A stretch of DNA of 57,548 bases from a virus. Its lineage: Duplodnaviria > Heunggongvirae > Uroviricota > Caudoviricetes. Numbering within the stretch: position 1 is the first letter of the stretch; the number at the start of each line of letters is the position of its first letter. Position numbers and translations under genes: made by a program. The stretch lies in the IMG/VR virus record IMGVR_UViG_3300008107_000002, one strand, 5' to 3'. This document shows positions 27,382-37,221 of this stretch, piece after piece. The notes beneath the pieces were generated by a model, which saw only the letters and a list, made by a program, of their open reading frames with translations, was not told where the DNA came from and did not search any database.

Positions 27382-30300
27382 TTATCTTCCGGCTGCAATA
27401 TCACCAGTATTTTTCAAGCGTAATGGAATGTAAATGAATTCCACTGCTTTTACCGGTTCAATAGCAATGTCAAGATATAGTTCGTTTCTATCAACTCTTG
27501 CAGGAGTATTGTTAGATTCATCGCATACAACAATAAAGTCGTAAAGTGCTCTTTGTCCTACAAGTTCTAGTAATAAACTTTCTGCCGATTGCTTGAGTTC
27601 GTTACGTGTAGTTCTGTCGTTTGGCTCAAACAAGAATGGACGAGCTAACAAGTCAAGTTGTCTACGTAGGTACGCAACTAAACGAGATACGTTAATTCTA
27701 TCTAAAGAGCTTGAATTTCTAGCCCTTGTCTTTTGACCAAACAATACAATTCCTGCTCCAGGCAATGTTGCAATTGGATTAATCTTAACATCTTGTAGAA
27801 CATCTCGTAAGCTCTGTGGTAGTGGAGCCTGTTGGAATTCGCCGTTTTTAAGGTAACCAACTGCTGTTGCGTTATCAACACCACCGCGGCGTGTACCAGC
27901 TGGAGCAAACCATGGGTAGCTCTTTTGATCACTCAACGCCATAGTACGCAATACCATATGACTTGGCGGAACAACAATGCTGTTACCGCTGTTGTCTGTG
28001 GTAAATCCGCTTGGATAGAACATTCCCATGTATTCATCGTACGTTACAGATCCAGTTTCTCCGTTGTCAAGTGCTGTATTGCTTGCGCCCCATTCACGTA
28101 GAGCAGTACCTGTAGCAGGTAATCTAAACGGTGTGTCACCAATAACAAATCCAGTTAATCCTCTAGCTACGTTTAGGCCTACTAGATTAGTAATTGCCTC
28201 TGGATACCCAGGACATGCTAGTAAATTAACTACCATTGTATCAGTATCTCTAATTGATAGACTAGTGTCAATTAAAGATTTAAGACTTTTGACAACAAAC
28301 CCACGTTGTGAGTGTCGACCAAATTTACCAGATCCGTCTTCATTATTGCCAGATGCACTTACCCAACGAGCAGTTGCATATTTAGGAGAATTAGTAGATC
28401 CGTCCATAACTTCGTCGTTAAAACGCTGATTAGTACCGTTGTCGGCAGTGATATCAATTGCGGTTGCTTTGTATTGTTTTACATTGTTTCCGCTACGACG
28501 AGTATTCCATAGGCGCATACCCTGTGGATATATTGTAGGATCAGGAGCATCTGGATCAAGATATAAACTTGTTAATAATGCCTTGATAGTTGCCGGCGTT
28601 GTAGCAGTTCCGCTAGCACCCCATCGAGCATCAGCAAACAACCATCCTGTTGGACTTGTATTGTCTGTAAGATCTTGTTTAACCCATTTGATTAAACTTG
28701 CGCTCCATACATAAACATTTTGACCATATTTTTCTGGGTCGCTACTATCGATCCATAAATCGCCGTCTACTAATGGAGTACCGTCACTTTGACCGTCATC
28801 TTTGCCTGGGGCTGTTGCTTTAATAATAGGTCCATTAGGACTAGTCAATGGGTATACTGAATGATATCCTGCCCAGGTTGTGCCATTATGTACAAGAATA
28901 TCAACTTCGTCTTGAATAGCAGAATACCACAATGTTCCATCTGCTGGAGCTGTAGTTAAAGCGGTTGCAGATGATTTTACTACAGAAGTTAGTAACTCAA
29001 CTGGTTTCCAGTTACTTGCTTTTAATGCAAATCCATCATACAACCCTGTAGGATACACATTTGAAGCATAGGTATTGGTTGCAGAATCATAAAAACCTGC
29101 TTGGAATAACGGAACATCTATCCCGTCACTCATGAAAATTTCACCGCCTAATGAGTGTTCTAGTCTTAATACTCCTGATACAGGATCGTATGTAGAAGTA
29201 ACATATTTTAGACCAACTGCACTTACAGCAGTTGCAAACCCTGCAACGCTACTTGTTGTAATTACTACAGTTTTTGGATTGCCTAATGTAGTACTGTTCG
29301 GTTCTGTTTCAGAAATTATAAATGTTGCACCTATAGCAAATGCCGAAGTATTAGGTATAACTGTTGTTACAACTGTAGGGGCCGAAGTAACTCTTCGATA
29401 TAATTTAAAGTTAGCAATAGTTGCCTGTGCCGCAGTTCCGTTACCTTCGTTGTAATCGCTCTGAATAAACAACTTACCTGCCGCAATGTTTGTACCGCCG
29501 GAAGAATCAAGTGATTTAATAGCTTCTCTAGAATTCTTAAACACCGGAGCATTTACTGTTTCCCAAATAGATTCAGTTCCGTTAAAATATTTTACAACCC
29601 AATTAGCACCGCTATTAGGACTTGTTGTTTTAACATAAACACTACCTGTAGCAACACCCTGAGATGCATATTGTGGGAATTGATAATGCGGAGCAAGTGT
29701 TAATTTTAATGGTCCAAAAACGCCAACTTCAAGGCCTAAACTAGCAAGAGTTGCAGAGCCGCCTCTATTAACTAATGCAATTTTTCCATTTGGGCCGGCT
29801 GCTTGATCTGATTGTGCTGATGCATCAGCATATAGATACAAGTTAGTACCGTCTGATTTTGCACCTACACCTGCTTGAGGAGTAAGGGCATTGATACTTC
29901 TTGCAATTCCGTCTACTGTTGGATCAGTAATTGTAATTTCTATATCGTTAATAGCAAATCTACTTCCGCTAGACGGTTGTGTCGGAGTACCTTTTACAAT
30001 AGGCCAGCTAGTTTGCCAGCAGTTGCTTACAAATCTTGAATCAACAATTGGGTTGCCGAATGTAGTTTGAATGTTGCTACCTAATCTAACCCAAACGTTG
30101 TCAACGTTTTTAAAATACATTGTATAACGATTATCATTGGTAACTACAACAGCGTAATCGCCTTGATTTCCAAAACTATCAAGCGGCACTCTATTTGCAT
30201 CAGCATATAAAGATAATGTAACATCGTTAATTACTCGAGGAGTTTTATTAATAAACACCTTTGTAGTTGCGTTCCACTCGCTTATGCCAAATTTTGAACT

Positions 30301-30720
30301 TGTAGTATCGATCCAATAAGTTCCAGCGGCAGGTAATCCTGTTGGTTCAGATGTTTTTGGAACCAACTCGGATAAGTTAACATCAGCTCTTACTACGTAG
30401 GCTCTAGAGGTAACACCTAGCGTACTGTAGGCCGCTTGTAGACCATATTCATTAAGTTCTCCGCCATGAATAGGATTACTGTTTGAATCAGTGTAAAAAT
30501 ATGGAGTACCAAACGTATCAGAAAGATCTCTCTGACTTGTAATGGTATAAACTTTGCCTGCATTTGAAGCCAAAGTTCCCGGTGCTATTCCAGTACCGGA
30601 ACTGTTAGTCTTATTTGTTTTTGATGCAACAATAATAAGGGGAGTAGTCCCCGGTGCTGCCGAAGTGTAAAAACTTTCATCAATGACGTTTACTTGTACG
30701 CCTGCTGAACTCATTGCCAT
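27382..30720 (-). CDS. gp18: tail sheath protein (gp18-like) with large insertion domains
   Basis: N-terminal SAGVQVNVIDES; C-terminal PWFAPAG.RRG, INPI, GQKT, LDRINVSRL, FEPND and PVKAVEFIYI. Confidence 0.93.
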   Translation of the reverse strand: MAMSSAGVQVNVIDESFYTSAAPGTTPLIIVASKTNKTNSSGTGIAPGTLASNAGKVYTITSQRDLSDTFGTPYFYTDSNSNPIHGGELNEYGLQAAYSTLGVTSRAYVVRADVNLSELVPKTSEPTGLPAAGTYWIDTTSSKFGISEWNATTKVFINKTPRVINDVTLSLYADANRVPLDSFGNQGDYAVVVTNDNRYTMYFKNVDNVWVRLGSNIQTTFGNPIVDSRFVSNCWQTSWPIVKGTPTQPSSGSRFAINDIEITITDPTVDGIARSINALTPQAGVGAKSDGTNLYLYADASAQSDQAAGPNGKIALVNRGGSATLASLGLEVGVFGPLKLTLAPHYQFPQYASQGVATGSVYVKTTSPNSGANWVVKYFNGTESIWETVNAPVFKNSREAIKSLDSSGGTNIAAGKLFIQSDYNEGNGTAAQATIANFKLYRRVTSAPTVVTTVIPNTSAFAIGATFIISETEPNSTTLGNPKTVVITTSSVAGFATAVSAVGLKYVTSTYDPVSGVLRLEHSLGGEIFMSDGIDVPLFQAGFYDSATNTYASNVYPTGLYDGFALKASNWKPVELLTSVVKSSATALTTAPADGTLWYSAIQDEVDILVHNGTTWAGYHSVYPLTSPNGPIIKATAPGKDDGQSDGTPLVDGDLWIDSSDPEKYGQNVYVWSASLIKWVKQDLTDNTSPTGWLFADARWGASGTATTPATIKALLTSLYLDPDAPDPTIYPQGMRLWNTRRSGNNVKQYKATAIDITADNGTNQRFNDEVMDGSTNSPKYATARWVSASGNNEDGSGKFGRHSQRGFVVKSLKSLIDTSLSIRDTDTMVVNLLACPGYPEAITNLVGLNVARGLTGFVIGDTPFRLPATGTALREWGASNTALDNGETGSVTYDEYMGMFYPSGFTTDNSGNSIVVPPSHMVLRTMALSDQKSYPWFAPAGTRRGGVDNATAVGYLKNGEFQQAPLPQSLRDVLQDVKINPIATLPGAGIVLFGQKTRARNSSSLDRINVSRLVAYLRRQLDLLARPFLFEPNDRTTRNELKQSAESLLLELVGQRALYDFIVVCDESNNTPARVDRNELYLDIAIEPVKAVEFIYIPLRLKNTGDIAAGR

Positions 30721-30752
30721 TTGGTATCTCCTTAATGGATTATCATTTGTTA

Positions 30753-30790
30753 TATTTAGCGGAAGGCCTCAAATTTTACCGACTTAAATA
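30753..30790. promoter_or_regulatory. divergent late promoters (TAAATA minus 30758-30753; TAAATA plus 30785-30790)
   Basis: Hexamers upstream of the sheath and HNH genes. Confidence 0.6.
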
Positions 30791-30818
30791 CAACGAAAAG
30801 GGCATGAAAAGGGCGCTG

Positions 30819-31154
30819 ATGAGAAAATTATGTAAAACCTGCGGCAAAAGACCGGTGGCCATAAACTATTACAAAGAAAAAAAACCGTTTTATAGAAGTA
30901 AATGTGACCACTGCGCCCGTGGAGCTAAAGATGGATTACCTAAATGGTATCGTGCAGGATATCGTTTAAAGAATAAATGCGATAAGTGTGGACATAGCAG
31001 TAAACATATGGTACAATTTAATGTTTATCATGTAGACGGTGATTTAGATAATTGTAAAATTACCAATCTAAAAACAGTATGTGCTAACTGCCAGCGCATA
31101 CTGCACGATCTCAATTTGCCATGGAGACAGGGAGATCTATCACCTGATTTCTGA
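30819..31154 (+). CDS. HNH-family Zn-binding nuclease
   Basis: Several CxxC pairs and HVDGDLDNCKITNLKTVCANC; likely start 30819 (or 30804). Confidence 0.75.
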   Translation: MRKLCKTCGKRPVAINYYKEKKPFYRSKCDHCARGAKDGLPKWYRAGYRLKNKCDKCGHSSKHMVQFNVYHVDGDLDNCKITNLKTVCANCQRILHDLNLPWRQGDLSPDF

Positions 31155-31767
31155 TCGATAAAAACAATTCATCAATTGTACTATCATTAGAAATTGTTAC
31201 GTCTATGTCGCCGCCTACCCAAGCTGTTTCGCTAGCATGAATTTTAAGCTGTGCTAATTTAGCCTTACTTAATGACCAAGTAGAATTTGCATCAGGACCT
31301 TTATTAGCACTAATAGCAGCCTCGTACCATTCAGGATCTTCGCCGCGTTTTACTCGTATAACTTTTCCGCCTGCATTATGAATTGCTTTGATTTCATTAG
31401 GAAATCGCACATCGCTTATAACAATATTATCGGTAGTTTTACGCATCTTATTTTCTACGCTAGCAATCCAGATATCGTCGTGAAACCCTTGACGGCAAAC
31501 TTCTGTACCCCAGTATTGTAATACCCATCGAGGAGTAAGTTTGGGCATTTTTAATCGCTCTGCCCACCAAATATCGACTTCTTCTCGCCACGCCCGGGCT
31601 TCCGCAGTTCTACCCTCCAGCAGAACGCGGTCCCAGCCAAATACAGCCGCAACCGCGTCTTTTAATGTGTTTGCAAATGAATCACGTCTAAATCCGTGAA
31701 AGTTAACTAGGTAGTCTGCGGCAGTATCTTTGCCCGACCCAATAAAACCAACAAAGCCTATAATCAT
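31111..31767 (-). CDS. deoxynucleoside monophosphate kinase (T4 gp1-like)
   Basis: IIGFVGFIGSGKDT, SFANTLKD, TPRWVLQYWGTE, ISDVRFPNE and HASE. Confidence 0.92.
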   Translation of the reverse strand: MIIGFVGFIGSGKDTAADYLVNFHGFRRDSFANTLKDAVAAVFGWDRVLLEGRTAEARAWREEVDIWWAERLKMPKLTPRWVLQYWGTEVCRQGFHDDIWIASVENKMRKTTDNIVISDVRFPNEIKAIHNAGGKVIRVKRGEDPEWYEAAISANKGPDANSTWSLSKAKLAQLKIHASETAWVGGDIDVTISNDSTIDELFLSIRNQVIDLPVSMAN

Positions 31768-31816
31768 AGTATCTCCAGAGATACTATAATTTACATTATC
31801 CTATGACAAAAGTCAA
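31766..31816 (-). promoter_or_regulatory. RBS-covering inverted repeat plus sigma70-like promoter (TTGACT-17-TAAATT) of the dNMP kinase
   Basis: ATAGTATCTC-CA-GAGATACTAT at 31766-31787; -35 at 31816-31811 and -10 at 31793-31788. Confidence 0.55.
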
Positions 31817-32554
31817 TGGTTTTCCACCATCTTTGTAGTTGATAAGATCCATTTCAAGTTGCTCAATTTCTGCCTTACCTTCAGTTTTGAGGGCAGTGCC
31901 GTTTAGGGTTGTTCCACCTTGAGGACTAGCAATCGTTTGAAATTTTTCTCGGGCTTCTCCCAAGATAATTTTACAGGTTGCTAACGCATAATCTTTAAGC
32001 CAAATACCAGCATACGGGTCTTGAAATAATACAAAATCTGGACGTTGGTTATACAACCATAATAAAATTTGTTCTTCGCCGCGTGGTCGTTGCATTAGTG
32101 TAAGCTTCTTGGAAGTAGGATTCCACGAAAAATTGATTTCACTACCAAACATTTTACCTACCTGCTTTTGATAACTAGCAAAAGCATAATATGTAGCAAG
32201 TCCGCCCATGTTGCTAGAGCTTAAAAGATAAGCATTTGTATAAGCTAGGTTAAATGGTTCAAACATTGTTCCACCATCGCCCCCACCACTTCTACTTCCA
32301 ACGCTTCTGCGGAATATTTGTCTTACTTCCGTTACTTCAGAAGTAAGTATATACTCGTTTATATCTGTATGCAAAGTTAAAAATGCATAACTTTCTTCGC
32401 TGGCGTTACTACTTCGTTGACGAAATTTTGCTAAAGCCCTGTCAATTGCAACATTATAATGCTGGGGTTCTAACTCAACATCGATCATCCCTTCACCTAG
32501 CAAGGGTTTAACGTAGTCGATTACTTGTTGTCGGGAAATTGTAGAATCGTTCAT
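31796..32554 (-). CDS. neck protein (gp13-like)
   Basis: LGEGMIDVEL, WLKDYALA.CK..LGEAREKF and GGTTLNG; divergent from the gp14/gp15-like genes. Confidence 0.8.
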   Translation of the reverse strand: MNDSTISRQQVIDYVKPLLGEGMIDVELEPQHYNVAIDRALAKFRQRSSNASEESYAFLTLHTDINEYILTSEVTEVRQIFRRSVGSRSGGGDGGTMFEPFNLAYTNAYLLSSSNMGGLATYYAFASYQKQVGKMFGSEINFSWNPTSKKLTLMQRPRGEEQILLWLYNQRPDFVLFQDPYAGIWLKDYALATCKIILGEAREKFQTIASPQGGTTLNGTALKTEGKAEIEQLEMDLINYKDGGKPLTFVIG

Positions 32555-32559
32555 ACGAA

Positions 32560-32575
32560 TATTTAGCTATAAATA
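32560..32575. promoter_or_regulatory. back-to-back late promoters (TAAATA minus 32565-32560; TATAAATA plus 32568-32575)
   Basis: A 29-nt intergenic region holds both promoters and no Shine-Dalgarno. Confidence 0.75.
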
Positions 32576-32583
32576 CTGTCACT

Positions 32584-33786
32584 ATGCCACGTTTATCTCT
32601 GTACCGTCCTGAAAAGGGCAATGATTTTAAATTTTTAGACCGCACAATAAACGAACAGTTTCAAGTGGGCGGTACTGATGTGTTTGTTCACAAATATCTA
32701 GGTCCCGTTAATCCGGATGCTGGAAACTCTACTCCCGGTGTTCCTGTTAATACAAATCCTATAGGTGAATTAGGAATACAAGATCTTATATTTTTAGAAA
32801 ACAGAGATAGGCGATACGATCCAGATGTATATCAATTGCGTGGAATTTACACTATGCAAGATATTGACTTTAATTTAAGTCAGTTTGGATTATTTTTGCA
32901 AAATGATAATATTATGGTAACGTTCCATTTGAGTTCTACTGTTGGTAATTTAGGTAGAAAACTTATGGCCGGTGATGTATTAGAATTACCACACTTAAAA
33001 GACGAATATGCTCTAGATGATGCGGCCGTTGCCTTAAAACGTTATTATGTTATCACTGATGTAACAAGAGCAGCCGCAGGTTTTAGTCAAACATGGTATC
33101 CTCACTTGATAAGAGCAAAATGTCAACCATTAGTTGACAGTCAAGAATTTAAAGAAATTCTTGATGCAGATGCAGGAGCAGGCGATGGATCTACATTAAG
33201 AGACATAATGTCAACTTACAATAAGAGTATCGAAATTAATCGTGCTATTCTTGCTCAAGCAGAAGAAGATGTTAAATTAAGTGGATATGAAACTAAAAAT
33301 CTATTTACAATTCCGTTAGATGAAAACGGGCTAGTTGATTATCTTGATGCTTCAGAAACAGATGTAACTATTGATCAATTAGGACTTAATGTAACTACCA
33401 CATTAGCTAATCCTTCAAAGGATTTTTATGTTGGTTATATGACTGAGGATATTACTCCTGCAAACGGTGCACCGTATTCCTTTGGTCTTAATTTTCCAGC
33501 TGGTGCCAGTAAAGGGCAATTTCATTTACGTACTGACTATTTTCCAAATCGATTATTTAGATATGACGGTAAGCGTTGGGTCAAGTACGAAGATAATGTA
33601 AGAATGACGCTCACTAATCACGGTACAGAAGATACCGCAATAGGAGCACCGTATCAAGGCAAAGATGTTAAGCTAACACAACGAGGCACATTTGTTAATA
33701 ATAATAATACTGCAACAATTGACGGAAGAGTTATTCAACAAAAACAAGCACTCAGTAAAGCATTAAAACCAAGGGCAGATAATTAA
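32584..33786 (+). CDS. neck / head closure protein (gp14-like)
   Basis: IQDLIFLENRDRRY, LSQFGLFL and GDVLELPH; position between gp13-like and gp15-like genes. Confidence 0.65.
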   Translation: MPRLSLYRPEKGNDFKFLDRTINEQFQVGGTDVFVHKYLGPVNPDAGNSTPGVPVNTNPIGELGIQDLIFLENRDRRYDPDVYQLRGIYTMQDIDFNLSQFGLFLQNDNIMVTFHLSSTVGNLGRKLMAGDVLELPHLKDEYALDDAAVALKRYYVITDVTRAAAGFSQTWYPHLIRAKCQPLVDSQEFKEILDADAGAGDGSTLRDIMSTYNKSIEINRAILAQAEEDVKLSGYETKNLFTIPLDENGLVDYLDASETDVTIDQLGLNVTTTLANPSKDFYVGYMTEDITPANGAPYSFGLNFPAGASKGQFHLRTDYFPNRLFRYDGKRWVKYEDNVRMTLTNHGTEDTAIGAPYQGKDVKLTQRGTFVNNNNTATIDGRVIQQKQALSKALKPRADN

Positions 33787-33992
33787 TGGAACTAACGGAA
33801 TTAAAACGTCTTGCCGGAATAACAGAATTCAAAGGCTACCAGCCTTACGAAGGTAGTAACATAAGTATCACTGGTAACGAAAAAGGCGAGCTTATGAAAA
33901 AATATAATATTAAACCAGGCACGCCGGCATGGTTCCAACTATGGTTCAGCTTACCTTATCTAACAGGTGAAAAACCTATAAAGGATAATTGA
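33786..33992 (+). CDS. small conserved protein
   Basis: 68 aa with LKRLAGI and IKPGTPAWFQLWF; coupled to both neighbours. Confidence 0.7.
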   Translation: MELTELKRLAGITEFKGYQPYEGSNISITGNEKGELMKKYNIKPGTPAWFQLWFSLPYLTGEKPIKDN

Positions 33993-35407
33993 TGGATTAT
34001 TTCTATGACGGGCAGGTTAAACGATACCTCACACAATTTATGAGATTAATGAGTAACTTTAGTTACAAGGATGCAAAAGGTCAACTAGTTGAAGTACCTG
34101 TAAGGTATGGAGATGTAAGTCGACAAGTATCTCAAATCATAAACAAAAATAGTGAAAACATTATACAAAGTGCTCCTTTTATTGCTTGTTACATTAAAGA
34201 TTTACAATATGATAGAAGTCGTGTGCAGGATCCAACGTTTGTAAGTAAAGTTAATATTAGAGAACGAAGTTTTGACGATAGTACTGAAATTTACGGTAGG
34301 GGTCAAGGCGGCAACTACACTGTAGAAAGGCTTATGCCTACTCCATATCTTGCTACTTTCTCAGCAGACTTATGGACAACCAACACTGATCAAAAATTAC
34401 AATTATGGGAACAAATTACTGTATTTTTTAATCCTAGTTTAGAATTACAGAGTACAGACAATTATATTGATTGGTCTAGTTTAAGTGTAGTAGAACTTAC
34501 TTCTCAAACATTTGAAACAAGAACAATACCGCAAGGGTTAGAATCAGATATCAGTATATGTAACTTACAATTTAGTTGCCCTATATGGATTAATCCTCCT
34601 GCAAAGATTAAAAAATTAGGCATTATTACTAAAATTATTTCTAATGTGTTTATTAGTCAATCTATTGCAACTCTTGAAAGTAGACACGATTATAAAGACG
34701 ATGCGCTTGCTGATTTATTTGTTGGCCAAACTCCGGCAGGAAGAAGCGTAGTAACTCCCGGTAACTTTTCGTTAGTTGTGTTAAACAACTCAGCATCGTT
34801 AGTTCCGCATAATACAGACAATCTGTTAACTTCAACAAACGATCTTCAATCTAAAGCAAATTGGTTAACTATCCTAGATTTATACCCGGGAAAATTTAAA
34901 GCAGGTTTGAGTCAGATACGATTGTTAAAAGAAAATAATTCAGAAATAATTGCATACATCAGTCTTAATCCCCTTGACGATTTTTCAATGATTCTGTCAT
35001 TTGACGCCGACACTGTTCCGCTCAACACGCTTATAGGCGGAAGAGGAACTGTTGATGCAATTATAGACCCAGGAAAGTTAAATCCAAAAGATAAACCTGC
35101 AGGCACAAGGTATCTTATTTTAGAAGATATAAATGCAGAACTGTTTAATATATCAGGATATTCAGGACCCGAGGCATGGAAAAATCTTGATGGTACAGAT
35201 TTCCAAGCATATGCTAACGATATTATTGAATGGGACGGAGCAGTTTGGTCTGTATTATTCAACAGTGCAAATACTAAAACCGTTACCTATGTGAATAATA
35301 CATATACAGGTATTCAATATAAATGGGATAATTCTAACGGTGCATGGCAGTGGTCAAAGAGTTTTGAAGGTATATATGAGTCAGGAGCGTGGCGGTTAGT
35401 TTTATGA
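33989..35407 (+). CDS. tail sheath stabiliser/terminator (gp15-like) with C-terminal extension
   Basis: YFYDGQVKRY..QF, VPVRYG, MPTPY, QKLQLWEQI..FFNP and PIWINPP. Confidence 0.75.
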   Translation: MMDYFYDGQVKRYLTQFMRLMSNFSYKDAKGQLVEVPVRYGDVSRQVSQIINKNSENIIQSAPFIACYIKDLQYDRSRVQDPTFVSKVNIRERSFDDSTEIYGRGQGGNYTVERLMPTPYLATFSADLWTTNTDQKLQLWEQITVFFNPSLELQSTDNYIDWSSLSVVELTSQTFETRTIPQGLESDISICNLQFSCPIWINPPAKIKKLGIITKIISNVFISQSIATLESRHDYKDDALADLFVGQTPAGRSVVTPGNFSLVVLNNSASLVPHNTDNLLTSTNDLQSKANWLTILDLYPGKFKAGLSQIRLLKENNSEIIAYISLNPLDDFSMILSFDADTVPLNTLIGGRGTVDAIIDPGKLNPKDKPAGTRYLILEDINAELFNISGYSGPEAWKNLDGTDFQAYANDIIEWDGAVWSVLFNSANTKTVTYVNNTYTGIQYKWDNSNGAWQWSKSFEGIYESGAWRLVL

Positions 35408-35829
35408 AATTAATCACATGTAGCGGAGGATTATTTCTTTCAAAAAGTACTAAAAGATTCTTATTTTTGTTAAGAGATAAGGGAAAAACTGCTGGTACTT
35501 GGGGATTTGTTGGAGGGAAAAAAGAACCTATTGATCTTACTCCGTATGATACCCTTACTAGAGAAATAAACGAAGAGGTTGGAAAAACTCCAGTTATTAA
35601 AAAAGTTATTCCGTTGGAACAATACGTAAGTAACGATCAACATTTTAGTTACAATACCTATGTATTGTTAATAGATAACGAATTTATTCCACAGCTCAAC
35701 AATGAGCATTCCGGGTATGCTTGGTGCAGTTACGAAGGATTTCCTAAACCATTGCATCAAGGTGTTAAGTCTAGTCTTAACAACAAATATATTAAAGATA
35801 AGTTAGAAATAATTTTAACGTTGATATAA
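35404..35829 (+). CDS. NUDIX hydrolase
   Basis: WGFVGGKKE......LTREINEEVG Nudix box and LNNEHSGYAW; ATG at 35404. Confidence 0.88.
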   Translation: MKLITCSGGLFLSKSTKRFLFLLRDKGKTAGTWGFVGGKKEPIDLTPYDTLTREINEEVGKTPVIKKVIPLEQYVSNDQHFSYNTYVLLIDNEFIPQLNNEHSGYAWCSYEGFPKPLHQGVKSSLNNKYIKDKLEIILTLI

Positions 35830-36612
35830 AGCCAATGCTCGCCGTAGTCCCAGCATTCTTAAATTAAGTGCTTCTAGTCTAGAGCTGTTACCTGTAAGAT
35901 TATTTCCTTTAGAACCAGATATTACTACATTAGTCGGATCTATATTATTGATAATACAAAATACATTGGCTAGTTCACTTAATTTAAATTTGTGAGAGTA
36001 CACCATGTTTATGTCTTTGTATATAACTTTATTTTCTATAATTTCATTAATGACAGGAACAACATCACCGAGGTAAATGTAGTCTAGGTAAATGTCATTG
36101 TTAATTTCTATGCCTTTATTAAGGTATAATTTTTTAAAAAATCTATTATCTGCTTCATGTTCATGAAATACTCCAAACAATCGTAAATTATAAAACTTGT
36201 CAGTTTCATGGATTATTCTTGTTATTATATTTTTAGCATATCCGTAACTAGTTGACGGTAGATGATTTAGAAATTCTGTTTCAATAATGTTCTCGTTGTT
36301 CTGCTCAAGGTCTAACTCATAAGCAGTTCCGAGATTGATTAACTTATTAAATTTATGTCGATTATTCCATAAATTTCTAAACATCCATAAGCTATCAGTT
36401 GTAAAGGCAGGATCTTTACTAAACAAATCATTTCTTCCTGTAAGAGCACAATGTATTACAGTATCTATTTTATTTTCGTCAAAATATTTAGAAACAGCAT
36501 CAGCCGATGCAAGATCTAATTCGTTCCTTGACGGTGCAAATATATTATAAGAAAGAGTTTCTTTTAAAAATTTGCCAATTGTTCCATTGCCGCCAGTAAT
36601 TAAAACGTTCAT
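35815..36612 (-). CDS. NAD-dependent epimerase/reductase (extended SDR; fcl/ColC-like candidate)
   Basis: MNVLITGGNGTIG, ELDL, VIHCA, YGYAK (YxxxK) and LRLFGVF. Confidence 0.85.
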   Translation of the reverse strand: MNVLITGGNGTIGKFLKETLSYNIFAPSRNELDLASADAVSKYFDENKIDTVIHCALTGRNDLFSKDPAFTTDSLWMFRNLWNNRHKFNKLINLGTAYELDLEQNNENIIETEFLNHLPSTSYGYAKNIITRIIHETDKFYNLRLFGVFHEHEADNRFFKKLYLNKGIEINNDIYLDYIYLGDVVPVINEIIENKVIYKDINMVYSHKFKLSELANVFCIINNIDPTNVVISGSKGNNLTGNSSRLEALNLRMLGLRRALALYQR

Positions 36613-36613
36613 A

Positions 36614-37183
36614 TTAGAATTTATAGCAATCGTCCCATGAAGGATTTTTTTGGTCACGATCGCTTATTGTTAAATTAATTTTTTTTACTCTATCAAAAGA
36701 AAGCGCATCTAAATCCCAATTTATATTAAGCGTCGGATCGTTCCACGCTATACCGCAGTCAGTTTTAGGATCGTAGTAACTATCGACTTTATAATATACA
36801 AGAGTATTGGGTTCTAATGTAAGAAACCCATGATAAAATCCTCGAGGAATATATACAATATCGGCGTTTTCTGCAGAAAGATTAAGAGTAACATGCCGTC
36901 CGTAAGTAGGACTGTCTTTTCTTGCATCTACTAACACATCTTGCACACTTCCTGATAATACTCGAAGTAATTTTCCAGGAACACTATCCCCTAGTTGTGA
37001 ATGCAATCCTCGCAAAGTCCCTGCATATTTGTTAAAACTACAACAATCAAATATTAGACGATGATCAATTCCGTATTCTTCAAGCCAGTTTTCTTTGAAG
37101 GCTTCTAAAAACCAACCCCTGCTGTCATTAATTTTTTTTGAAGAGATTACTTTTGCGCCCGATAGTGGTAAATTTGTTAGCAT
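36614..37183 (-). CDS. rmlC: dTDP-4-dehydrorhamnose 3,5-epimerase family
   Basis: DSRGWF.E, GTLRGLH, DVLVDARKDSPTYG, YIPRGFYHGF, YKVD..Y, WNDP and SDRD. Confidence 0.9.
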   Translation of the reverse strand: MLTNLPLSGAKVISSKKINDSRGWFLEAFKENWLEEYGIDHRLIFDCCSFNKYAGTLRGLHSQLGDSVPGKLLRVLSGSVQDVLVDARKDSPTYGRHVTLNLSAENADIVYIPRGFYHGFLTLEPNTLVYYKVDSYYDPKTDCGIAWNDPTLNINWDLDALSFDRVKKINLTISDRDQKNPSWDDCYKF

Positions 37184-37221
37184 CAATTAATTATATACAA
37201 TTGATGCCAACCCGTCAACTT

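Noticed and set aside
30714-30803. N-terminal extension of the HNH ORF given in the ORF track
   Set aside because: It overlaps the sheath start and both promoters; the real start is more likely 30804 or 30819
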